Source: Nemertoderma westbladi
Taxonomy: Eukaryota > Animalia > Xenacoelomorpha
Assembly (NCBI GenBank): GCA_032718475.1
Contig: JAUCBJ010006555.1
Span: forward strand, 1-41,661
DNA length: 41,661 nt
Direction of reading: 5' to 3'
Part shown: positions 1 through 12,300 of the stretch, piece by piece
Layout of the letters: the number at the start of each line of letters is the position of its first letter
How positions within the stretch are numbered: position 1 is the first letter of the stretch
Notes under the pieces: generated by a model
Database searches by the model: none
What the model was told of the DNA's origin: nothing
What the model saw: the letters and a program-made list of their open reading frames with translations, nothing else
Position numbers and translations under genes: made by a program

Positions 1-90
1 GATTAAAATCAATGAGACGGGAGAATCTATTCACTTTCAGGCATAAAGTAGTCCTATAGCGGGTGACTGTTGAACTGATTTTCAACAAAA

Positions 91-1092
91 CAAATTTTCA
101 ACTTGGCAGCTTTAAATTCGACAAAGTTATAAGCATGTCAATATCATAACGACGACAACGATTTCACTTTCAGACCTTTGGCCCTCTAGCGGCAGACTGG
201 AGAACTGCAGATGGATTCGCCTCCTTTGAAAGTCACAGCTAATGGTCTAATACATATCTGCCAAGTTTCAGCTTAAACGGATTAAAAGCAAAGAAATGGG
301 AGGGCATTTAATGTTTAGACATGTGGCCCTCTAGCGGGAGACCATTGCACTGATGGTGTCTGAAAGTCTCTCAAAAATCTCAACTTTAGCTCATATTGAT
401 ACCTACAAATTTTCAACTTGGCAGCTTTAAATCCGACAAAGTTATTAGCATGTCAAAATCGTAACGACGACAACGATTTCACTTTCAGACCTTTGGCCCT
501 CTAGCGGCAGACTGGAGAACTGCAGATGGATTCGCCTCCTTTGAAAGTCACAGCTAATGGTCTAATACATATCTGCCAAGTTTCAGCTTAAACGGATTAA
601 AAGCAAAGAAATGGGAGGGCATTTAATGTTTAGACATGTGGCCCTCTAGCGGGAGACCATTGCACTGATGGTGTCTGAAAGTCTCTCAAAAATCTCAACT
701 TTAGCTCATATTGATACCTACAAATTTTCAACTTGGCAGCTTTAAATCCGACAAAGTTATTAGCATGTCAAAATCGTAACGACGACAACGATTTCACTTT
801 CAGACCTTTGGCCCTCTAGCGGCAGACTGGAGAACTGCAGATGGATTCGCCTCCTTTGAAAGTCACAGCTAATGGTCTAATACATATCTGCCAAGTTTCA
901 GCTTAAACGGATTAAAAGCAAAGAAATGGGAGGGCATTTAATGTTTAGACATGTGGCCCTCTAGCGGGAGACCATTGCACTGATGGTGTCTGAAAGTCTC
1001 TCAAAAATCTCAACTTTTGCTCATATTGATACCTACAAATTTTCAACTTGGCAGCTTTAAATCCGACAAAGTTATTAGCATGTCAAAATCGT
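91..1092. repeat. 315-bp tandem repeat (~3.2 copies), each unit a dimer of ~145 and ~170 bp subunits
   Basis: CAAATTTTCAACTTGG recurs at 91, 406, 721, 1036. GCCCTCTAGCGG occurs twice per unit (181, 326, 496, 641, 811, 956). Confidence 0.97.
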
Positions 1093-1093
1093 A

Positions 1094-1160
1094 ACGACGA
1101 CGACGACGACGACGACAACGACGACGACAACGACGACGACGACAACGACGACGACGACAA
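1094..1160. repeat. (GAC)n/(AAC) microsatellite in the HINE-like element
   Basis: ACGACGACG...ACAACG run, also present at ~6512-6575 and ~6652-6690. Confidence 0.95.
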
Positions 1161-2544
1161 CTATTTGCATAAATTGACCCACCCCCTAACAGTGTCAATT
1201 CGCTAAGGCTCCGCCAACTTCGTGGCTCGCCCCACAATAGGGCTCCCCTTAATAATGGTAACACAATGTAATATATTCTTTATACTGTAGGCCTAGTATT
1301 ATTTTTCCATGGCTTGCGTTATGGGCGAATGATTACTCAGTTATATTTAGTATTGTAAGTTCGTTGTTAATAATATTCCTTATAATTGTATACCTTTGCG
1401 GCTAATATCTTCTACTACTTGAATTACTTAATTTAATTAATTAATCAACCTATTTTTAATTGATTTATTGGGTATTTTAATTTCTAAATAATAAAATATC
1501 CATATATAATATAATTAAAATAATTTTTTCCTTGTGCGTGCACTTTTATTTATATGTGTTACATTATGCAGAACATCATTATATTTATCATATCTACCTT
1601 TTATTGTCGGCAAGTCCGAATTAAGTTAAATTAAGAATTATTTGTTTACTTATTTTTTGAATTATTAACAAAACTTCGCCTGCAGGTCGTGCGTTATATT
1701 TCACCTGGAAACTGCTGCTAGAAACACCCAGTGTCACAATACATTTATAGGACTGTAGGAAGGGATCTAGGGGTCTTAACCTCGAATGATAAGTTTATTT
1801 TACCGAAAATAACTTATCACAACACACATTGTTACTATCAGTGTCACAATGACACACCGACTGACACTGACACACTTACAGTACTTGACTACAGCAATTA
1901 TACTGCCTGACAGACTAATGCTGAAATGCAAAACACCACGGTAATGTAATACATAACTGTAATAGGCCTACAGCTACAGAGTCACTACTTGACAATCATC
2001 TGGACTAATCAGGAAATATGATTCGCCTACGCGTATGCATAGGCCTACGCGTATGTTAAATCGCTCAATGTAATTTATAGATACGTGGATACTTACGCAC
2101 ATAAGTGGATACGTACGGCATACGTTGAAAAGTAAAACCCGTAATTACTGTAATTACCTAATTTCAGAATTTTAGTACCGATACACTACACTGTCTGTAG
2201 CCTACCTTTTAAATAGTTACCACTAATAAATTTCAATTAATTGATAGGCCAAACTGGATACATTTCACATTTATCAGTTTAATGGACCATGACTCAGCGT
2301 CTGTCCAGTCCACTGTTACGGATAGCGGCACCACTCCACACTACAGTAGTTCCAACAGAACAGATCTACAGATCAGTCCACAAATTCATACGTGCTCGGA
2401 AAAACTACTTGTTCCCCATTTGATAGTCACAGATAGCGAAAATATCGGACCGTTTTTAGCCAAAAGACCGGATGGCAAAGGGATTGTCCCAATGAATAAA
2501 AGTATATATACAAATATATAAAATCATACCGCCGTAACGTATAG

Positions 2545-5229
2545 TGCTCCTCTTACCCTCAATTGGTAAATAATCATTTATTGTACTGTATATAGGCCCG
2601 CCGTTGTAACCTTCTCCTTTCTCTTAATTGATAAAGTGATTGTTTATTGTTTTGGTTTGAAAAACCTGCCTCTGCAACCTGCTCCTTTCCCTCAATTGGT
2701 AATGATATCGTTTATTGTTTTAGTTGGAAAAGCCCGTCTCTATTACATGCGCCTTTTCCTCATTTTGTATTGCGACAGTTTATTGTTTTGGTTAGAAAAA
2801 CCTGCCTCTGTAACCTGCTCCTTTCCCTCATTTGGTAAAGTGGCCGTTTATTGTTTTTGTTAGAAAAGCCCGCCCCTGTCAGCCTGTAACCTGCTCAGTT
2901 TCCCTAATTGGTAAAGTGATCATTTATTATTTGGGTTAGAAAACCTCGCCTCTGTAATCTGCTCCTTTCCCCCTATTGGTAATGTTATCGTTTATTGTTT
3001 TGGTTAGAAACGCCCGTCTATGTTACCTGTTCCTTTCTCTTAATAATTGTTAAGTGATTGTTTTGGTTTGAAAAACCTCCTTCTGGAACCTGCTCCCTTC
3101 CCTCAATATCTAAAGTGATCGTTTATTGTTTTGATTAGAAAATCCCGTCTATGTACCCAGCTCCTTACCCTCAATTGGTTAAGTGATCGTTTATTATTTT
3201 GGTTAGAAAAGCCCGCCTCTGTAACCTGCTCCTTTCCCTCAATTGGTAATGATATCGTTTATTGTTTTGGTTTGAAAAGCCCATCTCAGTTACATGCTCC
3301 TTTTCCTCATTTGGTATTGTGACCGTTTATTGTTTTGGTTAGAAAAGCCCACCTTTGTAACCGACTTATTCCCCTCATTTGGTAAAGTGACCGTTTATTA
3401 TTTTGGTTAGAAAGGCCCGCCTCTATAACCTGTTCCTTTCCCTCAATTGGTAGAGTGATCATTTATTGTCTGGGTTAGAAAACCCCGCCTCTGTAGTCTG
3501 CTCCTCTCCCTCAATTGGTAATGTTATCGTTTATTGTTTTGGTTAGAAAAGCCTGCCTATGTTACCTGCTCCTTTCTCTTAATAATTGTTTATTGTTTTG
3601 GGTTGAAAAAACCTCTCTGGAACCTGTTCCCTTCCCTTAATTGGTAAAGTGATAGTTTATTGTTTTGGTTAGAAAAGCCCGCCTCTATAACTCGCTCCTT
3701 TCCCTCACTTGGTAATGATATCGTTTATTGTTTTGGTTAGAAAATAGCTCATCTCTGTTACATGCTCCTTTTCCTCAATTGGTATTGTGACCGTTTATTG
3801 TTTTGGTTAGAAAAGCCCGCCTCTATAACCTGCTCCTTTCCATCAATTGGTAAAGCGATCATTTATTGTTTGGGTTATAAAAGCCTATGTCTATGTTACC
3901 TGCTCCTTTTTCCGCATTTGATATTGTAACCGTTTATTGTTTTGGTTAGAAAAGCCCCATCTGTAACCTGCTTGTTTCTCTCAATTGGTATTGTTATCGT
4001 TTATTGTTTTGGTTAGAAAAGCCCGCCTCTATAACTCGCTCCTTTCCCTCACTTGGTAATGATATCGTTTATTGTTTTGGTTAGAAAAGCCCATCTCAGT
4101 TACATGCTCCTTTTCCTCATTTGGTATTGTGACCGTTTATTGTTTTGGTTAGAAAAGCCCACCTTTGTAACCTATTTATTCCCCTCATTTGGTAAAGTGA
4201 CTGTGACGGGATCAGGGGATCCCGACCGGTGAATTAAGTTACGCGTCACCGCGTTGTTGGAAAGAAGATAGTGTGTTGTTGTTATTGTCTTGATATTGTT
4301 ATAGATTAACGGTAATGAGATATATGATAGCACGGTAATATAGATAATGCAGTTGCAGTACAGCAGTAATGAGATAATCTGACAGTAACGGTGACGGTAC
4401 AAAATGTCACTGGTCCCCACTGTGTGACTGAGATGACTGAAAGGGGCACAAGCACTAACCGGTAATATATATATTGGTTAGCTACATTACTTATGGCCCT
4501 TGTACCTAGCGGATGCATTTCCTGGCTCTGATTGGCCAATAACCTAATTCTCGGCTCTCATCTCTGTGGGAGTGTTTCCCCCCCCCCCCCCCCCCCGCTG
4601 CTGTCACTTTCCTCTCCCGGAGGTTTAACCTCTGACCTCCCTTTGTGTGGCCCTTCGGGGTTTGTTGTCCCCGTTTATTGGGTGTGTGATACGAGGTTAA
4701 TTGGGGATTAACCTCGTATCCCCAATATTGCTAAAAGGTGCCACTTCCCAACTTTATGGGGTGGTGAGCGGAATTTAATCCGCTCACAGTGACCGTTTAT
4801 TATTTTGGTTAGAAAGGCCCGCCTCTATAACCTGTTCCTTTCCCTCAATTGGTAGAGTGATCATTTATTGTCTGGGTTAGAAAACCCCGCCTCTGTAGTC
4901 TGCTCCTCTCCCTCAATTGGTAATGCTATCGTTTATTGTTTTGGTTAGAAAAGCCTGTCTATGTTACCTGCTCCTCTCTCTTATGTAATAATTGTTTATT
5001 GTGTGTTTTGGATTGAAAAAAAACCTCTCTCTGGAACCTGTTCCCTTCCCTTAATTGGTAAAGTGATAGTTTATTGTTTTGGTTAGAAAAGCCCGCCTCT
5101 ATAACTCGCTCCTTTCCCTCACTTGGTAATGATATCGTTTATTGCTTTGGTTAGAAAAGCCCATCTCTGTTACATGCTCCTTTTCCTCAATTGGTATTGT
5201 GACCGTTTATTGTTTTGGTTAGAAAAGCC
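2545..5229 (+). repeat. 68-bp tandem array, left arm (continues at 20429-20620), with ~810-bp higher-order duplication
   Basis: Unit ~TTTATTGTTTTGGTTAGAAAAGCCCGCCTCTGTAACCTGCTCCTTTCCCTCAATTGGTAAAGTGATCG at period 68 (3321, 3389, 3457). Variant units at 3361 recur at 4171. Confidence 0.95.
4202..4788. mobile_element. Solo LTR (587 bp) unrelated to the BEL LTRs, possibly Ty3/Gypsy type
   Basis: TGTGA...TCACA termini with a 5-bp TSD GTGAC (4197-4201, 4789-4793). The empty site is visible in the paralogous array unit at ~3385-3395. Confidence 0.88.
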
Positions 5230-7813
5230 TGTTCGCGCTTTCAGACCTTTAGCAGTTTAACCTGCCAATTTTAGGTGTCCTCTTGTTAATAAATCGACTT
5301 TAGCCTATAACAAGTATTTAGTGCACATGAAGATACACGAAGTGGGGCCTTCGCGCAGCTCGTGACTTAAATTTAATTTAAGTACTAATTCGAAAGTATT
5401 ACTGTATTAGCAAATTTGAAGCAGATTTCGCCTAATCACTTTTTACCTCTTTCATTTCTATTCAGACATTTCTGACTCTAGCGGTATAGTGAGAACTGAA
5501 GATGGATTAGGGTCTCCAGCCCCACAAAGACACAGCCTATGGATGAATAGTACATACGTACATCGGCCAAGTTTCATCTTGAATAACGGATAACGAAATG
5601 AGAGACGGATCTCACTTTCAGAAATTTCGTCGTATAGCGGCAGACCGATTAAATCTCCCCCCCCCCCCCCCCCCCCCCCCACAAAGACGCAGCATGTGGT
5701 CCAGAATATATGGCAAGATTCAGCTTAAACTGATTAAAATCAATGAGACGGGAGAATCTATTCACTTTCAGGCATAAAGTAGTCCTATAGCGGGTGACTG
5801 TTGAACTGATTTTCAACAAAACAAATTTTCAACTTGGCAGCTTTAAATTCGACAAAGTTATAAGCATGTCAATATCATAACGACGACAACGATTTCACTT
5901 TCAGACATTTGGCCCTCTAGCGGCAGACTGGAGAACTGCAGATGGATTCGCCTCCTTTGAAAGTCACAGCTAATGGTCTAATACATATCTGCCAAGTTTC
6001 AGCTTAAACGGATTAAAAGCAAAGAAATGGGAGGGCATTTAATGTTTAGACATGTGGCCCTCTAGCGGGAGACCATTGCACTGATGGTGTCTGAAAGTCT
6101 CTCAAAAATCTCAACTTTAGCTCATATTGATACCTACAAATTTTCAAATTGACAGCTTTAAATCCGACAAAGTTATTAGCATGTCAAAATCGTAACGACG
6201 ACAACGATTTCACTTTCAGACCTTTGGCCCTCTAGCGGCATACTGGAGAACTGCAGATGGATTCGCCTCCTTTGAAAGTCACAGCTAATGGTCTAATACA
6301 TATCTGCCAAGTTTCAGCTTAAACGGATTAAAAGCAAAGAAATGGGAGGGCATTTAATGTTTAGACATGTGGCCCTCTAGCGGGAGACCATTGCACTGAT
6401 GGTGTCTGAAAGTCTCTCAAAAATCTCAACTTTTGCTCATATTGATACCTACAAATTTTCAACTTGGCAGCTTTAAATCCGACAAAGTTATTAGCATGTC
6501 AAAATCGTAATGACGACGACGACGACAACGACGACGACGACGACGACGACAACGACGATGACGATGACGACGACAACTATTTGCATAAATTGACCCACCC
6601 CCTAACAGTGTCAATTCGCTAAGGCTCCGCCAACTTCGTGGCTCGCCCCACAACGACGACGACAACGACGACGACGACGACGACGACAACTATTTGCATA
6701 AATTGACCCACCCCCTAACAGTGTCAATTCGCTAAGGCTCCGCCAACTTCGTGGCTCGCCCCACAATAGCCGAAGCCAGTCTATGCGCGATCATTCACCC
6801 ACTGTTAAGGGAGACTGGATTCGGGTGCTTTGAAAGTTATTGAGGTGCAGACCTACTGTATTATTCGATTGATCGTTACTATATAATCTCTGAAAAATAT
6901 ATTTACTTTCGGGGAAATATTAACAGTTCCTTTAGGACGTGGCACTTTAAGTATAAAACAGAGTTATGACTTATACTAAACACAACGAGATGGCCACTGA
7001 GTTTCGTAAGTAGCGCATTCTTTAGGAGATGCTTTATTAGCTGTCACACCACTTCACACGACTTCACACTACTTCGCACTGATCTGCCGAACGTCACTGA
7101 ATTTGATCATATATAAGGAGGATAGCAACTGACACATGTAGGGATTATGAAATAGCATTTAATTCACACAAAAACCACTATAATGTAAGTCGCAGTTGCT
7201 ACAGGTAACCGGTCCCTCTTACCTTCAGTAATCAAGAAGATTGGGGGTTTTATGATTATTTATCGGTATTCTCCAAATATAACAGCATATCCATCAATAT
7301 ACAACAATTAATAACAGACAGTAAACAGAAGTAAAATAGTGCGGTGAATAGGATTGTTCCCAGAGTCAGCAATGTTTCAGGTGGTATGGTCAGATAATAG
7401 ATTTACGTTCTTGTAATCAAAGCCATCTAATGTTTGGCCAAAGTCTGACACTTCTACAGAAGTACATAAGAATTCTAAGCCGGTGTTCTGAGGCTCAGAA
7501 AAGGTAAACAAAGACCGTGATGCATTGCGCGGTTTTCCGTAGGCCCTTGTCCAACATAAAATGAAAATCGCTCTGATTGGCTGAGCAGAACAAAGAAAGG
7601 TTCCACGTTTACAGTAAATCAGCTGACAGATTTCGTCATCTGAGCTCCAGTCTTTTATAGTATTAAGCGCATTGCGGCAAAAAATGACTTGTTATGTCCG
7701 CTAAAGCACCTACACGGTACATTGCGGAGAAAAATGACTTGTTATGTCCGCTAAAGTACCTACACGGTATATTGCGGAGAAAATGACTTGTTATGTCCGC
7801 AAAAGCTTTTACA
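5230..7813 (-). repeat. BEL 3' LTR, split into 5230-5337 and ~6767-7813 by an insertion
   Basis: Both pieces align colinearly with 19265-20428 (roughly 96-98% by eye). Contains a 50-bp tandem repeat x2.6 at 7671-7800. Confidence 0.95.
5338..6766. mobile_element. Helentron/HINE-like element, copy 2, inserted in the BEL 3' LTR
   Basis: Absent from the 5' LTR (empty site ...ACATTAGCCG at ~19370) and has no TSD. Inverted subterminal GTGGGGC/GCCCCAC, two 315-bp units (5822, 6137, 6452), terminal module duplicated. Confidence 0.8.
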
Positions 7814-7821
7814 CCGCTCCC
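7814..7821 (-). other. Short polypurine tract next to the 3' LTR
   Basis: Minus strand reads ...TTTTCTGGGAGCGG directly before the TGTAAAAG LTR start. Confidence 0.65.
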
Positions 7822-7890
7822 AGAAAATGGGATTTAATTCTATAAAATATAAAAAATCACAGTTTCTAAAATATAAAAATACTCTAACAG

Positions 7891-9309
7891 TTAGTCCTTC
7901 TTACGTGAACGGCGTTTACGCAGTTTTTTGAGGCTAGCAAGAGTCCTTTTCTCTTTGTGGCGAGCCACTTTACTAGGAGGGCTATAACTCCTGGGTGAAG
8001 GGTGCAATACAATTGCATCGGAAGGTTTAGGGTTACGGTCGGTGTATCCACCGGTCGAGGTACCCGGTTGATCGTTATCAACCTCAGTGGAACGAGGTCG
8101 AACAACCTTGAGAGCGTGTTTTAAGACAGCAGCTCTTACTGGTCCCTGACGGGTCATTTGCACGAGAGCAGTAGGTGGACCGTGTGTAGTGAGAAATTTC
8201 CTCGGTTTGATGGTTCTTTCCAACTCGCGTTCTCGGGCTCTATCGGAATCGATATGCTTCTCCTCGAGCTGATTTTCCTCCGCTTGTCGTTGGAAGCATT
8301 CGTCCAAAACTCTTGCAGAGAGTAGGGTCGTCCAAGTTCGATATCTTCTTAGAGATTCTGGATTTCCCGATCGAACTGAAATAAAGCTAATTTGTTTACC
8401 GCTTGGACTTGCTGCTGCAATTTACGTTTCTCTAAACAATCGTAGGTTCCCTTTCCGATCTTTTGTCGAGTAGTGTCTAACGCGTTTTGTTCAACTCTCT
8501 CCTCCACCTCGGTGACAGGTTGTATCGGGGTTAGACCGGGACGATTATACGGGTTGAACGGCGATATTAGGTGTCCGCGTCCCAATCCAGCTAGGTAGGA
8601 TGGGCGAATATCTAGGGAGCCAACAACTGGAGTGCCACCGACTAATTGTTCGGGTAACACTAGATCTTTGAACAATGAGTGCAGTTCAGGAGGATCGGTC
8701 ATACTATTAGGATCAAGCGTCTGAGGTCTCACTAGGGAGTGAGGAGGCCTGACCGAGTACTCCGGAACTCTGATCATAGGTTTATTTAAGGATCGTTTGA
8801 GTCGAGCGAGCGTAGGTGATACGTCGAACAAGTTTCGCTCGAAACTCCCGTAAATATAGCGAGTAAAACTGTGTTTAGCGCAATGTCTACGTGGATGTTT
8901 ATGTCTTTCCGTGTGTTAGTTGGGTCTAGGGCATTCATTGTAATAATACCAAAGACGCACGTCTTGTAAGGGAAATGCGGGTGATCTTTCTCCAGTTTTA
9001 CAATGTCTCTCTCAAGAATTCCAAATATACGTTGAAGTCACTGCGTTTATCCGGTTCTTTAAAGTCTTCTCTTTCGAGTTGGTTTCGAAAAGAATTTTCG
9101 TGTTCGATTCTCAGTTTATCGTTCCGACTCCGCTGGGTATGATATTTAAATAGGATCATTTCCCTTTCGGTGTCTACATCGTCCATATCGTGTAAATCGA
9201 TAGGATGGCCAGTAGTTAAGAAGTCTATATACGTACCATTACGATGCGTATAGCGAGCGGTGAATTTTCTACAGTCCAATTCACCCGTGAGCTGTTCCTT
9301 TGACATCAT
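7891..9309 (-). pseudogene. Fragmented post-integrase coding region of unknown function in the BEL element
   Basis: Three consecutive element-sense ORFs (9309-8998, 8831-8349, 8307-7891) nearly tile the gap between integrase and PPT, with frame shifts between them. Confidence 0.55.
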
Positions 9310-12300
9310 TCCTGTTCCGCACTAAACCATCATCGGATATATGAGTCTCGATGATACGACCTGTCTGCCACCGCTTACATGGAAGATCTGATTCCACAAT
9401 AAGGACCATGTCTCCGGCGCTGACGTTTTCTTGCTGCGCAAACCATTTGGTTCGATTTCGATTTCGATTTCGAAAACATTATCTGCCTACGCTACAAGCG
9501 TAGGCAGATAATGTTTTCGAAATGGTCAGCGAAACGACGGGATAATAACTGCATAAGTTGCCAAGTTTGTCGGCAGTATTCGTCTCCGTCCGTGATTTCC
9601 GATTGTGGGAGCATGGCTTCAGGTTTCTTCAGTAGGAAATGCGCGGGTGTTAGCGCTTCTAGGGAGTCGGGACTCGATGAGACTGGCATAAGCGGTCTCT
9701 CGTTAAGATTGGCGGCGATTTCTTCCATTAACGTCCGCAAAAGTTCGTCGGTGAGATACGAGCGGCACGGCACTATAAAGTGAAATGCGGTCTTCACGCT
9801 CCTTATTAATCTCTCCCAACTTCCTCCCCACCAAGGGGCGTCAGCGGCGTTGAAAGTCCAGCTAGATGCTGTTACCCTTAGCTGATCGTCCACCTGTCTT
9901 TGGTTCCAATCTTTAACGTAAGCTTTGATCTCCTTATTGGCGCCAATGAAGTTCGTTCCCTTATCAGATCTCATCATGTTGCTAGTTCCAAAGCGAGCGA
10001 TCTGTCGGCGTAAACTCAGTATGAAGCTGTTGGTAGATAGATCGTTCACCATATCTAGATGGATCGCTCTACAAGTCATACAGACAAATATGAAACACCA
10101 TCCCTTGACTATAGTCCTAGCACGATATACTTCAATAGGGCCAAATAAATCCACACCCGTATTAGTAAAGGGTGGTTCATAGAAGCTTATTCGTTCCCTA
10201 GGTAATTCTGCCTCTTGCTGTGTTAAAGGCCTACTGAATGCTTTCCTACAGGGTATACAGTTCCTAAGAACTTGGTTAAGAGCTCTACGGGGTTTATGGA
10301 AATAATAGCGAGTTCGAATTTCGCTAAGTACTCGTTCTCTACCAGCATGGTAAAGCCTACTGTGAACATCTACAATCATCTTGATTTGTATTTCAAGATT
10401 TCTAATGAGTATGGGAAACTTAGTGTCAAAGGATAATGGAGCATTAGTTAATCTCCCTCCAACACGTATTAACCCATCTATCATTATGCAAGAGAAACGA
10501 TCCCTTAAGCGCGTCTGTGGATTTCTCAACAACAGGAAATACTTATCGGCATCTTCATAGCATTGCAGGAGTCTCAGTATCTGCTTATTGGTTTCTTCAT
10601 GCTCTTGATAACTGATCTTTTCCGTCAGAAACTTATCCGATACTTTATATTTGGGAAGATCTTTAATAGCATGGACCTGCGCGGATGTCAGTGGAGCGGT
10701 ATCACTAGTGATCTTTATCCTGGAGTAGTGATGATGGAAGCATCGCTTCAAATACACGACGGCCTTACAAAGCCTATTCCAGGAGCTATAGTGATTTATC
10801 GCTCTCTGCAGGAGAGGTGAGAGTCCCTGCGAGACGTCTGGTGTTCCAGATTTCCAGTCTCTTTCTCTAATTTCCACAACAGATTTATTTGTGGCGGGGG
10901 AGTTTAGATCCACAGCGTCGTCCCCGGAAATGTGTAGTACAGACAGATCTATCACGGGTTTAAATAACTTTGATTTACTCGTCCGGGTTTTAGGTTTGAC
11001 TTTCTCCGCTCCCTTGGCTTGTCTAATCTCAGCCGTGGTAAGATGAGGAGGCCATTCATCTTCTTCTTTACTTAGGAAGTCGGGTCCACCTAACCAGTCT
11101 GGAGTATCTATCAGTTCTTGAGGAGTTGCTCCTCTGGAGGCGATGTCGGCTGGATTAATCGTCCCAGGGCAATATCTCCATTGATCTACATTAGTGCGAC
11201 TAAGTATAATGGCTACTCTGTTGGTAACGAAGATGCTGAACTGACAGATTTCATTGGTTATATACTCCAAAACGAGTAAAGCATCAGTCCAATAGACAGT
11301 TTTCTCCAGTGGATAGTCGATCTGTTCTGTTACATTCCGGCCGATGGCTGTAGCGTATAGAGCCGCCTTTAACTTCGCTCGAGGAACTCGTAGATTGTTG
11401 TTTATCAAGGCCTTAGAGGTAACCAAGGCAACTTTAATTCCATCCGGAGTTTCAACCCTCAGGTAGGCTACTATACCTATTCCCATATCGCTGGTGTCTC
11501 CAAATACATGGAGTTGATAGGAATACGTGGGGAGAACGTGACCAAAATATGAACGGGAAATCGTAAAGTTCTCGATGGATGGTAGAGAATCTTCCCATTT
11601 CATCCACTTCTTTAGTAGTTCTCCCTTAAGTGGATCGTCCCACGAGTGGTTTTCAAGCCACATTTGTTGCACTAAGCTCCGAGCAACCAATATAACTGGG
11701 CTAATAAACCCCAATGGATCGAAATAAGTGCTCAGGATACTTAGACAAATCCGTTTAGTTCGAACTAGATTATCTCGCTGTTTTAGCTGGAAAAACAGGA
11801 TATCTCTCTCCGTGTCCCATTTCAAACCAAGCGTCTTGGTTTCCGGAAGATCGTCCTTGATAAGGTCCAGATCTTTAACACCTCGGTCTTCTACCGGGAT
11901 CGATTCCAGAAACTCACGGGAGTTACTAGTGAATTTGGTTAGTCGAAATCCACCGCGTTTCAAGCACTCTACCGTTCCCTTGGCAACATCAATGGCCTCT
12001 TCCACCGATGGGAGGGACATTAAATTGTTGTTCATGTATATATCCGTTTGATGTTGTCGATAACTGCTTTAGAGAAGGCGTCTCGGTTGTCATCAGCAGT
12101 GGTACGCACTACTGAACAAGCGTTCGAGGGGCTCAGGATGATCCCAAAAGCCTGGATGGTCATCCAGTACTCCACCGGTTTTTGGTTGAGGTCTCCTTCA
12201 GGCCACCACAGAAATCGTAGGCTGTCTCGATCCCTATCCAGCGCCATGACTTGTAAGAACATGCCTTCTATATCCGAAGCGAAAGCGATAGAATATTGCC

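Larger units (their letters stand above)
1..1237. mobile_element. Non-autonomous Helentron/HINE-like element, copy 1 (cut by window start)
   Basis: Near-identical to 5732 onward (position 1 = 5732). Layout is central tandem array, then (GAC/AAC)n microsatellite, then GC-rich terminal module ending ...GGCTCGCCCCACAA. This matches HINE/DINE-type organisation; the family assignment is inferred from structure only. Confidence 0.7.

Noticed and set aside
1043-1264. Arg/Cys-rich protamine-like ORFs (also 6459-6689)
   Set aside because: Translation of the (GAC)n microsatellite in a repeated non-coding element.
2545-5229. CRISPR-like regularity of the 68-bp array (also the 46-bp and 315-bp arrays)
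   Set aside because: Units repeat in full with no unique spacers, there are no cas genes, and the context is eukaryotic.
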